In this document: positions 50,903-63,757 of the stretch, in pieces
Layout of the letters: each line of letters starts with the position of its first letter
How positions within the stretch are numbered: the stretch's first letter is position 1
NCBI RefSeq assembly: GCF_018977255.1
Contig: NW_024704742.1
Span: 135,286,001-135,350,000, forward strand
Direction: 5' to 3'
DNA: 64,000 nt
DNA from: Callorhinchus milii
Taxonomy: Eukaryota
Program-made: the position numbers and the translations under genes
Notes under the pieces: generated by a model
Told to the model about the DNA's origin: nothing
What the model saw: only the letters and a program-made list of their open reading frames with translations
Databases searched by the model: none

Positions 50903-51217
50903 AATGGGTTGACCAATGGAATTTATCTACTCCCAACTCATTATCCTTCGAATGGCGTATTCATCAATAGAAGCACCTCCTTCTGGTAAGGTTAATGAGG
51001 TCTTCCCAAGGTTAAATGCTAGTAATAAAACCTTGATATACAGTATTGTCAAAATATGTCCAAGCTTGTCACAGGATTGTACAGTTTGTAGGTGAGCTTG
51101 GCAGCCAATTTTTGCACAGCAATGTCCCACAAACAACCAGGGGGTGAACAAACAAATTTTATCTACGGGGATTGTTGGCCAAGACATCGGGAGATATTTC
51201 CTTGTCATTTTGAACAG

Positions 51218-51588
51218 TAATAATAATAATCTTTGATTTCATAATCACGCCTTATCATTTGGACATCTCAAAGCACTTCACAGAACATGCTGTAAAGTAA
51301 AGTGACGTGTGTATTTTGTGGGCGAAATGCGGCAGCCAATTGCGCACAGCAGTTGTCCCACAAACAGCCGTGGATTGAGTGATCACATTTATTATTTTCT
51401 TTTTGGAGGGATTATTGCCCCCAGCAATTCATCAATTGACTAACAACCGGGTTCCTACTTACTGCTAGGTAAGCAGAGGCGTGCGGAGGAACGAATCTTA
51501 GCTAAGGTTTCGCCCCACGCGTGAATCAATCCCGGGTCCTCTCACTTGCGAGGCGAGTGCTTTAACCGCTGCGCTATGGGACTCCACT
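51218..51588 (-). mobile_element. SINE family A, long subfamily
   Basis: Reverse-complement head ending ggactccac, central segment, tail. Confidence 0.85.
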
Positions 51589-52441
51589 TGGAATTTTTAT
51601 CTAGGGAATTCTCAGCCTGGACACCGGGAAAATAGTGCTGCGGCATCCTTAAACGACCACCTTTAACGGTCAGATGGGATCTCGGTTTACAGTCTCACCT
51701 GAAGCACAATGCAATACCACCTCCCCATCATTGTGTTGTGAGGGCCAGCCTGTGTTGTGAGCGCAAAGTCCCGAGGCGGGGCTTGAAGCCAGAAGCCTCT
51801 GACTCAGAGCCTGGCTGAGCCAGGCTGAACACCTCAACTAAAACATAAAGGGGTCTTGCAGGCTAGGACTGGGCGGAATTCCGTTGCCGCCGGTATGGTT
51901 GTCAGTAACCAGCGGGACAAAACATTGATATAAAGCGAGGGCTAAGACGGTCACAGCACACACACGGCTTGAGTTGACGCTCTTGTTTTGCACAGTTAAG
52001 CCCCACTCGCTGTATAAATGAGCCACCCTGCTGTTAGCTGTGGGATGCCCCATATTTCACCAACAATGTAATTGCTTTTATACATGTCTCGTGTCTTTTC
52101 TTGGGCTGTGGAGCTAACAAACAACTGTACCTCACAGCAGCTGAAGTATTCCACACACAGCGGGGCCCCTGATTATCACACCTCATTTACAGCTAAATGT
52201 ACCACATTAAAGCCAGCTAGGTATCAACGCCGCCAATAAAAGGCTTTAAAAAGGTACACGCTGTAGGCAGCTCAGTGGGCAGTCACTTCTGCCTGACCTT
52301 GTCTAAGTGAACTTTCACTCTTCAAACACTGTTCGCATGAACTTCGATGGCAATGATCCCAAAAACTGGAGTTGGAACGGTCAGCCATGAGTTGGGGATA
52401 GGTCAAGGACACTCAAAGTAGAATGGATTGAACTTTTGTAT

Positions 52442-52670
52442 GAGTCCTGTAGCTTAGAGGTTAGAGCACTCGCCTCGCAAGCGAGAGACTTAGGTTCATT
52501 TCCCGGCAGGGTGAAACATTGGGCAAGTCTCCTTACTCCACACTCCTCTGTTTACCTAACAGTAAGTAGTAACCCGGTATTTAGTCGATTGGCGGATCGC
52601 TTTCCAGGAGTAATAATCCCTCCAAGAACCCAAAAATGTCATCATTCAATCCACTGCTGTGGGACACTGT
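52442..52670 (+). mobile_element. SINE family A, 3' truncated
   Basis: gagtcctgtagcttagaggttagagcactcgcctcgcaagcgag head plus central segment. Confidence 0.85.
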
Positions 52671-53065
52671 TTGGGGCAAGGATAGAGGGAGAGGTTCCAG
52701 AGTTTCGGGACGTACTTTCAGCCACTGATGATGGATTGGAGGGCAAGAGGAACATGCAAAAGGCCAAAGCCAGTCGAGCGGAGGCATCGGGTAGTGGGTT
52801 GGGGGGGGTAAGCAGGTCGAAGAGGCGCCAGGGTATGAAGGGATTTGAAAACAAGTGTGAGGATCTTGAAATCGATCCGTTCGGGGATAGGGAGCCAGTG
52901 GGGCCTGGATAGAACTGGTGGAATGGGAGTGAGGAGTTTATACGTGCGAGTATATAGGCGGAGGTTTGCATCAGCTGGATCCTGTGTATGGTGGAGCTGG
53001 GGAGACCGACAAAGATGGCATTTGAGAAGTCGAGTCGGGAGGTGACGAATGAACGGGTTCAGGGG
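52670..53065 (-). mobile_element. L2 fragment
   Basis: Minus ORF ...PVLSRPHWLPIPERIDFKILTLVFKSLH. Confidence 0.85.
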
Positions 53066-53609
53066 ATGTGAAGCATACCTCCAGGGCAGACACATAGAAA
53101 TATCTCATTGCTCAGAGGGCAATCGTCAGCTGGAACAGGTTACAAACTGAGCTGGGTCTCAGCCTGACTCACTAGATAACCCTCTGATGTCTGAGCCAGA
53201 GGTTTGTGGGTTGAGCCCACAACCTTCTGACTCATAGGTAGCTTTTCTGACTGAATATCTGAAAAGGGGAATATAATAATAATCATAATAATAATAATCC
53301 TTGCATTTAATATAGCGCCTTATCAAGTCTTCAAATCGTCTCAGTGTTTCACAGAATTTACTGTAAAGTGAATTGACTGTAAGTATTTTGTGGTCGAAAC
53401 CCGGCAGCAAATTGCGCACAGCAGTGTCCCAATAAGAGATTATGAAGGAAGAAGCAAGAGAACAGAGAGCTCTTTCAATGTCCAAATGGCTTCTTTCAGT
53501 GCCGTAAATGTCCATGGTGCTATGACTGTAATTGCCAGGAGGCTGCAAGTTATACAGTGTTTGTTACAGACACAGTGAGTGGTGAAGAGATGAGATCCAG
53601 GTAACTGCA

Positions 53610-54010
53610 GGAGAGAGAGAGAGAGAGAGAAAACAAGAAAGTCATGACTTAGAAAGAGAGTGATACACTGAGAGAAAGTCACACACAGTAGAGATAGAAA
53701 CACACACAGAAAAAGACACACATATAAAGAAAGAGACTGAAAACACACACACTCATATATAGAGGGGCAGACAGACACACAGAGAAATAGACACATACAA
53801 AGAGACAGAAAGAGAGGGATACACACTTAGAAAGAGAGAGACAACACACACGGAAAGAGGCAGAGCGACACACACAGTAAGAGAGCGACATACATACATA
53901 GAGAAAGATAGAGAGATAGATACAAGCTTACAGAGAAAAAGACGGAGACTCACACCACCATTAAATAGAGAGAGACACACATACAGAGAGAAATCCACAC
54001 ACACACAGGC
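53610..54010. repeat. Degenerate (AG)/(AC) low-complexity tract
   Basis: Directly visible. Confidence 0.85.
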
Positions 54011-55615
54011 GAACAGACAGTTAGTGAGGAGCAAAGTGAAGCTCTTTGAGATGTCCTCCTGATGTGAAAGGCACTGTATCAAATGCAAGGATTATTGATT
54101 TGCGTCATCATAAACTGTATGAGTTCCAAATCCCGACGTGAGGTTTGAACCCACAACCTTCTGCCTCAGAGGAGAGAGTGCTACCAACTGAGTCAGGCTG
54201 ACACCTGTTTATTTAAGATAGCCAGGAGCAGATCTAAAAATAATCATGATAATCCTTGCATTTGGTACAGTGCCTTTCATGTCAGGCGGACGTCCTTAAG
54301 TATGGAGTCCCATTGCATAGTGGTTAGTGTGCTCGCCTCGCAAGTGAGAGGACCCGGGTTCGATTCCCAGGCAGGACAAATTCTTGGGTGGTAATTCCTG
54401 GAGTTTATCAAGCTAAAAAACATATGACATACGTTACGGTCTGAGGAACACACACTCCAAGATCAAATGTATTCATTTATTTAGAAAAATCCCATTTTAC
54501 TAAATGCTGTATTAAAAAATAATTTAAATATATTTACACTGACTAGATCATGGCTGTTAAAGAATAATGAGGTGTTAAACTGACCCATTTAGATTAACAA
54601 GCAACAGATTAGCATTTCCAAAGGTGAGAATGGGGATGATTAATATGGTAAATACTAGTGCAATGTGGAACCCTGATGTACATAATAACTAAAACCTCCC
54701 CGTACCAATGTTAGCTTTCCACCAACAATTCTATAAGCCTGGCTCAGTCAGTGGCACTCTCTCCTGAGTGCTTTAGATGAGACGTTAAACCTAGGTCAAA
54801 AAAATGTTGTGGAGTCCTGTAGTGTAGTGGTTAGCACACTTGCCTCAGAAGCAAGAGGAACCAGGTTTGATTTCCGTCAGGGCAAAACCTTAGGCAATTT
54901 TCATTCACACCTCTGTTTCCCTCGCAGTAAGTAGGAATCCGGTTGTTAGTTGATTGGCGGATCACTTTCCGGGGCTAATAACTGCGTCTACAACGTGAAG
55001 AGGCGCTGTATCAAATGCCAGGATTTTTTGGGCTGTTTGTGGAGTGTTGCCGTGTGCAATTGGGGTACAACGTACACAGTCACTGCATTTTTTACAGCAT
55101 GTTCTGTGATGCCCTTTGTAATGTCCTCCCGATGTGAAAGGCGCTGTACCAAATGTAAGGATTGTTATCGAGGTCTATTTTGCGAGATGGGCAAAACAGC
55201 AAATCTCAGATGAATCTGAATGTGGAATGTGCCCCATATCCGAAGCGAGATCAGGGTCTGAATCGTTTACGCGTCTGACTACAGAACACCCAATCGCAGC
55301 ACTTCACAATAAAATCCCATGAACTGCTTTGAGACATCCTTCCAACATGAAAGGGGTTGTACCAAGTCCAAGGATTATTATTATCATTAATTTTTAAAAC
55401 ATCAAGCCAATAGTCAGTTAAATGTGCCTTTCTTTGGGCTGTGAGAATGCCTTGGCATATCCTGACTCTAAATACTACACCTCGTGAGTTAACAACACAG
55501 GCTGCTCCTTGCATTAGCCCAACTGCACTCAACGCTGAGGCCACCTCTTGGTCGTACAAGCCCCTGCACTCAGAGCAAGTCCTCCTGTTTTAGTAATGTT
55601 TGCACTTGTTTTGGA

Positions 55616-55978
55616 GTGGAGGCCCGTAGCTCAGTGGTTAGAGCGCTCGCGAGAGGACCCGGGTTGGATTCCGGGTCAGTGCGAAACCTTGGGCAAGTTT
55701 CCTTACTCCGCACACCTAGCAATAAGCAGGAACCCGGTTGTTAGTCAATTGGTGGATCGCATCGCTTTTCTGGGGTCAAAAATCCTTTAAAAAAGCTAAT
55801 AATAATTTGGTCACTCAATCCACAGCTGTTTGTGGAACACTGCTGTGTACAATTGGCTGCTGCGTTTCCGCCACAAATGTACAGTCAATTCACTTTACAG
55901 TATATTCTGCAAAGCGCTTTGAGACATATCAACAACGTGATGAGGCACTGTATCAAATGCAAGGATTATTATTGTTAT
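55616..55978 (+). mobile_element. SINE family A, long subfamily
   Basis: ccgtagctcagtggttagagcgctcgc head, body, tail. Confidence 0.85.
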
Positions 55979-57054
55979 ATTATCTAAATGTTTGTACTTG
56001 ATATAGCGAATTATCAAGTCGATGTCTCAAAGCCCTTCCCAATAGGCACTATAACAAAGGTATGGATTTTTTTTGTTATTTTTATTACTGATGACTATTA
56101 TTATTTTTACAATGATACCATTGGAGGACATGATTTCAGCCACTACGCCCCAAAACTCTGGAACACTGTCCCTCAATCTCTTCACCTTGCCCCCTCTCTT
56201 CCCTCTTTTAACTCCCGCCTGAAAACTTTCCTATTCGACTGTGCTTACGCCCATCTCCGCCCCACCTCCCCCAGCTCAGAGTCAGGCTCCACCACTGTTA
56301 ATCGCTTTGAGGGTTGAATCAAGAATGGTGGAGTGTAAGGGAGGTGGGACTATGGCCAAAAGGACAATCAAAGAGGAAAGTCTTGAGATCAGCCTTGAAG
56401 GAGGTGAGGGAGGGGACGAGACGGAGGGATTCGGGGATGGATTCCAGAGGGCGGGGGCAGAAAAGGTGAAGGCACAGTGGCTGGGTTGGGTGCCAAGTAA
56501 AGGAGAAGTGAGGGGGCTGGTGATCATACTCATGTTTGAAAAGGTAGGTCTTAAATTTGGGATTTAAAGATAGATAAAGAGGGGGAGAGATGGAGAGATT
56601 GAGGTGGTCGGTGAGGGGATCCAGAGGTAGTACTGTCTAAAGGCACGGCCACTGCAAGGAGAGATGGGATGGGCAACAGAGTGGAGTATGAGCAGGGTAG
56701 AGAGTGAAGGATTTGTTAGGGCCTGAAGGAAATATAAACCCAATTTAAAGGTCCTTAAGATGAGACTTTTATCAAGGAGAAAAGAGAAGTTTCTCTCTCC
56801 CGGTATCCTGGCCAACAATCCCCCGGATAAAATCAGTCCTTCACTTCATGGCTGTTTGTGGGATCTTGCTGCCCAAATTGGCTCTTGTGTTCACCTACAC
56901 AATTTACTGTAAAATTCTGTGAAGCGCTTGGAGACATTTCAATAATGTGATGACAAGAAGTTGCATTAAATAGCGCACTTATTAATAATAATCTTTGCAT
57001 TTCATACAGTGCCTTTCATGTTGTCGAGACACCTCAAAGTGCTTCACAGCATTA

Positions 57055-57900
57055 AACAACAACAACAAATTGCATTTATATAGCGTCTTTCCTGCCGGGA
57101 GGATGTCCCGGGGTGCTGGACAGTGAAGGGTTTGCACCTGAGCTGGGGATTGGAGTCAAGGTGGGTGGAGGGCAAGGTGGGTGGAGGTGGGAGGGTGACC
57201 GAAGGCACAGTCAAAGAGGAAGGTTTTGAGGCAGGCCTGGAAGGAGGCAAGGGAGGGGACAAGGAGGAAGAGCTCTGGGATAGAGTTCCATTGGGTAGGG
57301 AAAGGGTGAAGGCCCAACCTTCAATGGTGGGGCAGGTAGGGTGGGGGACATGGAGCAAACCAGTGCCTCCTGAACAGAGGGAGTGGACAGGATGGTAAAG
57401 TTGTAGGAAGGAGCAAGACCATGGAGGGCTTTAAGATTTCTGAATAATCTGCAGCTTGTAGAGGGAAGAGTTGGGAAGTCCAGTGAGCAGGAGTTAGCAT
57501 AGTCGAGCCTGAATGTGATGAAAGCAGCCTGAGGGGAGAGGCATTGACGGAGCCGGGCAATGTTGTGAGGTGGGGAAGCAGAGCGGGTCATGGCACGGAT
57601 GTGAAGTTTAAAGGACATTTGAGAGTCGAACAGCACAGCAAGGCTCCATACTGGCTTGGTGAGGTGGAGTGTGGATCAATAAATAGTGTTGCTGTCAGCG
57701 CCTGAGGTATGGAGGAGCTGACGGGAGCCAAGCAGGAGGGCCTCGGTCTTGTCGTCATTCAACTGGAGAAAATTGGCCCTCATCCAGGACTTGATGTCTG
57801 ACAAACTACCCGTCAGGACAGCAGTGGTCCTGGAGTCGAGGGTGGAGGCAGAGAGATAGAGTTGGGTGTCATCCGCATACATGTAGAAATTAACACCACA
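57055..57900 (-). mobile_element. L2 LINE RT/3' fragment
   Basis: GVNFYMYADDTQLYLSASTLD...NFLQLNDDKTEALLLG; (aac)n tail. Confidence 0.92.
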
Positions 57901-58782
57901 TTGCGAATGATTTTCACTGTAAAGTGGAGTGATTACGTATTTTGTGGGCGATGGTTTCACGTAGGATAGCGTCTTGGAGCGTTCAACAATGACATAGGTT
58001 AATACCAAGCTGGGGTGAAAGGGGGAGGTGACCACAGGCACAATTAAAGAGTCTTCTGAGTGTGATCTGAAGATGGGGAAAGAGGTGGGCAGTGTTGCGG
58101 AGGTGGGGGAAGGCAGAACGGGTCAATGCGGAGGGATTGAGGCAGGGTGTTCCAGAGGGTCAGGGCACAATGGCTGAAAGCATGGCCACTAATGGTGGAC
58201 CGCAATGGGCAAAGGATGTTCCGATGAGGCACTAGATCAAACGCAAGAGTTATTGCAGTTATAATAGGACAACTTGGTTGGGGGAGAAGAGAAAGATTCC
58301 ACGATTCATTAAAATCACTAAACGGATGAAAGCAAAATCTTTCTCAGATCCAGTTCTAAAAGGCTTAGTGTAAATGAATCACTGGGGAAATCTCTGCTCT
58401 GGGAGGGGTGGCGAGCGGAAAGGAAAGAGAGAGAGAGCGAGGGGGAGGGGGAGTGTAATTGTAATTAAGCCTATGTGAGGAGGGCTGTGAAGAGGTGACA
58501 GACCTGAAGGTGCCTCTTTTAACATGAACCCACCACCTCCCTCTCCGAAGGACACATCTGATCCAGTCCCTAAGTCTACCGTCACGTTAATTACTTAACG
58601 GTTTTTTTTTGTAGCTCGTGCCATAGCAACACAATTTCCACTGCATAATAACTACACAACGACGCTGTGTGAGATTATCAGTCATTACGGATTGGGCGGT
58701 AAGGGCGGGGGAGTGGGGGGGGGGGGGTGAGTTGAGCATACGCCGTGAGTTACCTGCTCACTGCGCTTTTATCGTGTATAAT

Positions 58783-59130
58783 GTCAGCCTGGCTCAGTTG
58801 GTAGCATCACGCCTCTGAGTCAGAAGGTTGTGGGTTTTAGCCCCATGCCAGGACTTTGAGCTCACACAATCTAGGCTGAAGCTCCAATCTAGTGCTGGGT
58901 TGGTGGTGGGGGCTGTGGAGTGCAACATTGCTGTCCTTCACATGAGACATTAAACCGAGCACCTCGTCTGGGCCTGTTCAGGTGGACATTAAACATCCCG
59001 AGGTACGATTGGACAGAGAAGGGAGTTTATCGCTCCCAGTTGTCCTGGCCAGCAAACCCCCAAATAAAATCGGTCATTCACTCCATGGGTCTTTGGGGGA
59101 CACTGCTGTGCACAATTGGATGTCGGGTTT
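58783..59130 (+). mobile_element. DeuSINE family B with intact head
   Basis: gtcagcctggctcagttggtagc...gcctctgagtcagaaggttgtgggt head, Deu-like core. Confidence 0.8.
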
Positions 59131-59302
59131 CATCTCTCAAAGGGCTTTACAGAATACTACTAATTGCTAGATAAACAGAGACGAGTGGAGTAAGAAAACT
59201 TGCCTAAGGTTTCCTCCTGCCAGGGAATCGAACCCGGGTCCTCTTGCTTGCGAGGAGAGTGCTCTAACCACTATGCTATAGGACTCCTTCAGCCAAACAG
59301 CA

Positions 59303-59622
59303 GTGGAGTCCTGTAGCTCAGTGGTTAGAGCACTCGCCTCGCACGCGAGATACCTGGGTTTAATTCCCGGCAGGGCGAAACCTTGGGCAAGTTTCATTAC
59401 CGCATGACTGATAATAATCCCTCAAGAAAAAAAAACAATAATAAATTAGTCACTTCACGACTCTTTGTGGGACACTGCTGTGTGCAACTGACTGCCGCAG
59501 TGCCTTTCGCCCACATATATATAGCCAATTCACTTTACAGTATATTCTGTGAAGCACTTTGGGATGTCTAGAAGACATGAAAAGCGCTATATCAAATGCA
59601 GGGATTATTATTATTATTATTT
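59303..59622 (+). mobile_element. SINE family A, head-to-head with a minus-strand SINE A 5' part (59170-59287)
   Basis: ggactcc-ttcagccaaacagca-gtggagtcc junction. Confidence 0.9.
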
Positions 59623-59689
59623 ATGCTCCGTGTCCTGTCTGGTGCACAACTCTTGCTGTTCATCCTGAAATTGTTTAGGCCGCTGGAAG

Positions 59690-59990
59690 AGACTTTTGGG
59701 ATACCTGTTTCCATGTTGGGTTTGTCACTGTTAATTAATCAGAAACATTAAGCATTACCACCCAAGTAGTAAATCACCGATTAAGGCAATGATTAAGTGA
59801 CAGAATAGATTAAAATAAGCCCAGTAATGATTTTTCCATCACTTCTTTGAGTGTTAAACATGTTTGCAATTAACACGCATTTGTAGCAGGGTTTTAATAT
59901 TTTCCCTTATAAGAATATTGCTCAGTGATAAATCTGCTCTCTATAGCCTTCTTCCACACAGCGTGCTATTTAGAATGACTACCATTGATA
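59690..59990. promoter_or_regulatory. Candidate conserved non-coding element
   Basis: ttaattaatc, repeated gattaa, tgattaagtgacag, caattaa; no recognisable repeat. Inference. Confidence 0.35.
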
Positions 59991-60746
59991 TATATATATA
60001 TAATAACAATAATTATCCTTGCATTTGCTATAGAGCCCTTCACGTCAGGAGGACGTCCCAAAGCGCTTTACATGATATATGGCAACTAACTGTGCACAGC
60101 AGTGCCCCACAAAGGGTCATGGATTGAGTGACCAAATCATTATTATTTTTTCTTTATGTATTTATTTGAAGGGATTATTACCCCCCCGGAAAATTTGACT
60201 AACAACCAGGTTCCTATCTGCTGCTAGGTAAACCTTGCCTATCATTTCGCCCAACCTGGGAATCGAACCCAGGTCCTCTTGCTTGCAAGGAGAGTGCTCT
60301 AATCGCTTGTCTGTGGTTGGAAATTGAATATCTTTTTGTCTACGTTAACCTTTCAGAGGCATTGGATAGTGTGGAGTGTCGCTGAGCGATGGAGCCGCTA
60401 ATTATCTGAGCCGCTCTGTGTCTAACAGGATTGGAGAGCATTATTGCTTCCAAACCCTTCCTCTCCCTTTGAAAGAGATCAGGAGCCCCTCGTAACCACT
60501 CTCGACTGCAGGGGACACACAATCAGCTTACCAGTAAGCCAACTGCATGCTGATTCCAGACAAGAATAGGATCCGAAACTCAGTCTGAATGAGTCATGTC
60601 TTCTTGTGTTGCTTTGCGCTGGATCATGAGCCAGTCTGACAAACAGGAAGTTTCTTAAAGAAGCTGAACCTCCACAGACACCCAGCCCTGTATCTCTAGT
60701 CAAACTGGTCTACGGGAGTTACATGACCACAAAATCGGTTTGGATG

Positions 60747-63700
60747 AACAACAACAGCAACTTGCATTTATATAGCGCCCTTCATGCAGGGTAGCTTCTC
60801 ACAGTGCTTGACAGTGGTGGAGCACGACTCCGAGCCGGGGTGAGGGGGGGAGCTGACTGTAGGCATGGGCGAAGAAGAAGGTCTTCCAGCGCGATCTAAA
60901 GATAGCGAATGAGGGGGTAAGGTGGAGGGATTTAGGGGGAGAGTTCTAGAGTTTTGGGGCGTAGTGGCTGAAAATGCAGCCACCAATGGTGGACTGGAGG
61001 GCATGAGGGACAAACAGAAGGTAGAAGTCAGTCGAATGGAGGCAGCAGGTTGTGGGTTGGGGAGTAAGCACGTCGGAGAGGTAGACAGGTGCCAGGCATG
61101 AAAGGATTAGAAGACGTTTGTGAGGATCTTGAAATCGCCCTGTTCGGTGATAGGGAGCCAGTGGAGCCTGGTTTGATGGGGATACAGAGTTTAGTGCAGG
61201 TGTCATCCTTCCAGAACACCCACCCTTCCATCCTTCCATTGAGCTGCTTTTTAATATAATAGTAAACCCAGAAGAATACTTTAGAATTGATCAAGACAGT
61301 AGAACAAGAGGGCAGAGGTTAGGGAGTCAATGACAGAGGACATGGTATAAGATAGTCACAAGAAGAACCAAAACGAGAGGTAGGCAAAATGTTTTCACAC
61401 AGAGAGATGTTGAGATGTGAAATGTCCTGCCTAGTAAGGTGGAATACAAACTTAGTTCACTCCTTATCATAGTTAATTCTGATGAATATTCAGATATATT
61501 CCAACCTCTTAAAGTCAATTCAATCATTGCATTAAACCTCAAATCATTTCAACAGCAAAACCTCAGATTCCAAATGGCGTTGTGAACTAATTGTCGGCTT
61601 CAAGAGGGTAGTAGACAGGTATATGAAGGATAGAGGCTTGAAGGGGTTTGGGGATAGGATGAGGCAGTGAGATTGAATTAACACCTTGTTTTGAGAGTCT
61701 GTGTGGAATGGTGCAGAGGTGCTGGTGCGAGCCAATCAGGAGGGCCTCGGTCTTCCTGATGTTGAGTTGGAGAAAGTTGTCCCTCATCCAAGACTTGATG
61801 CCAGACAGGGGATCAGTCAGGACACCAGTATTCCTGGAGTTGAGGGTGGAGGCAAAGAGATAGAGTTGGAAACTTACCCCATGTCTGCGTTTGATGTCAC
61901 CAAGCGGGAGCATGTAGAGAGTGAAGAAGAGGGGACCGAGGACAGAGCCCTGAGGAACACCACACGAGACAGTGCAGGGGCTGTTTGCCGCGATGAAGTG
62001 GAGGTGGTCTGAAAGGTGGGACCTGAACCAATCAAGGACAGAACCTTGAATGTTGAGGTGGGAGGAGAGGTGATGGAGGAGGATTTAGTTGTCCACCATG
62101 TCAAAGGCAGCGGAGAGGTCGAGGAGGACGAGGAGGCAGATGGCCAGGATGTCGTTTGTGACCTTGACTGTGAGCAGCACGGAAACCCGATTGGAGGGGC
62201 TCATGAAGGGAGTGGGAGAAGAGGAAAGAAAGGAGCTGGGAGGCAACAGCTCTCTCAAGGATCTTGGACAGGAAAGGGAGGTTTGAGATGGGCCTGGATA
62301 GCTGTGATGGGTCAAGGGAAGGTTTCTTCAAGGTGGGGGTGATAGTGGCTGTTTTGAGGGAAGTTGGAACAGTGCCAGATGACAGGGAGAGATTGATGAT
62401 GTCTGCAAGTGGTGGGGCAAGGGTGGAGCTGGGATTTAAGGAGAGGGGTGGGGATGGAGTCCAGGGAGCAGGTGGTGGGCTTCATGGAGGATATGGTGGC
62501 GAAGACAGAGGAGGGGGTGACAGGTTCAAAGGTGTGGAAAGAGGGATGGGTAGTTGTTGGAGTGTGGGTGGGGGTGTGTTAGGGAAGGGGTGGAAGTTGG
62601 GAGGGCAGTGGCAGCTGAGCGGATTCCCTCGATTTTGAACTCGAGGAGGTCCAGCATTTTCTCGCAGTGAGAGTCAGAGGAAAGAATCTGCGAGGTGTGG
62701 CGGGGAGGGCAGAGGAGCTGGTTGGTGGTGGAGAACAGGAACCTGGGGATGCCTTTCTCCTCCAGGATTAACCTGGAGTAGAAGGATGATTTGACAGAGG
62801 CGAGAGCGGAACGATAGGTTTTGATGAGGTCCAGCCAGATGTGCCGGTGGACCGTTAGGCCGGATTTGAGCCAGGTGCATTCAGCAGCCCACATCTGGCC
62901 TTTAAACGAGCGGAGGTAGCTGGTGAACCAGGGTGAGGATCGGGAATAGGAGAAAGTTCGGGAGGTGAGGGGGAAAAGGGCGTCGAGTGTGGTGGAGAGG
63001 GTGCTGTGGACAAGAGTAAGTGCAGCGAATGGGTTGCTGCGAGAGGTGGGCCAGAGGGGAGGGGTTGAGAGGACTCCAGGACAGTGGAGAGGGTTTGTTG
63101 GGAGATCTTCTTCCACGGGCGATAGAATATGGTGATAGGTTTGGAAGCAGTGGAAGAGGGATATGGGAGTTGAGGGAGATTAAATGGTGGTCAGAGATGA
63201 CCTTGTCAGTGATGGTGACATCCAAAATGCTGAGGCCCTGGGTGATCACCAGGTAGAGCGGGTGGCCTTGGTGTGGATAGCAGAGTGGATGTGATGGTAG
63301 AAGTTGAGAGAGGAGAGGAGAGAGGAGAAATCTGAGGAGGTGGAGCAGGAGGGGGTGAAGTGGAGGTTGAAGTCACTAGGATGATGAGGCAGTCGGAGCA
63401 GAGGCAGAGGGAAGCAAGGAGAGTGGAGATGTCAGAGATGAAGTGGGGGAGGATAAATTAGGAAGATTTTTAGAGAGAGAGGTGGGAGGGATGGCAGGTG
63501 TTCAAAAGAGGGGAATGAGCCGGTGGAGTAGGGGCACAGGGCAAGTAAAGCCCTGGATATGAGGGCCACCACCGCGATTGGGGCATGGGGCATGGTGATA
63601 GGTGTAGCCGGGTGGTGTGGCCTCAGTGAGAGGGAAAGTGTCATCTGGGGTGATCCAGGCTTCAGTGAGGGCGATAATGTCAATGTTCTCATTGAGGATG

Positions 63701-63757
63701 AGCTCATTGATGGCCAGGATCTTATTGCAGATGGAGCGGACGTTTTGAAGGCCAATA
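60747..63757 (-). mobile_element. Decayed L2 LINE spanning ORF2 from the APE endonuclease start to the 3' tail, interrupted at ~61200-61700
   Basis: Minus frames LQNVRSICNKILAINELI...IALTEAW (endonuclease), SDHHLI, KKPSLDP..RPISNLPFLSKILER, LVLLDLSAAFD, NFLQLNIRKTEALLIG; many frameshifts. Confidence 0.92.
61295..61700 (+). mobile_element. CR1 3' fragment nested in the L2
   Basis: agaggacatggtataag...ttttcacacagagagatgttgagatgtgaaatgtcctgcc...cttcaagagggtagtagacagg. Confidence 0.7.

Noticed and set aside
60747..63757. Active or domesticated L2 ORF2
   Set aside because: Many frameshifts and stops, the YADD motif region is deleted, and a CR1 interrupts it
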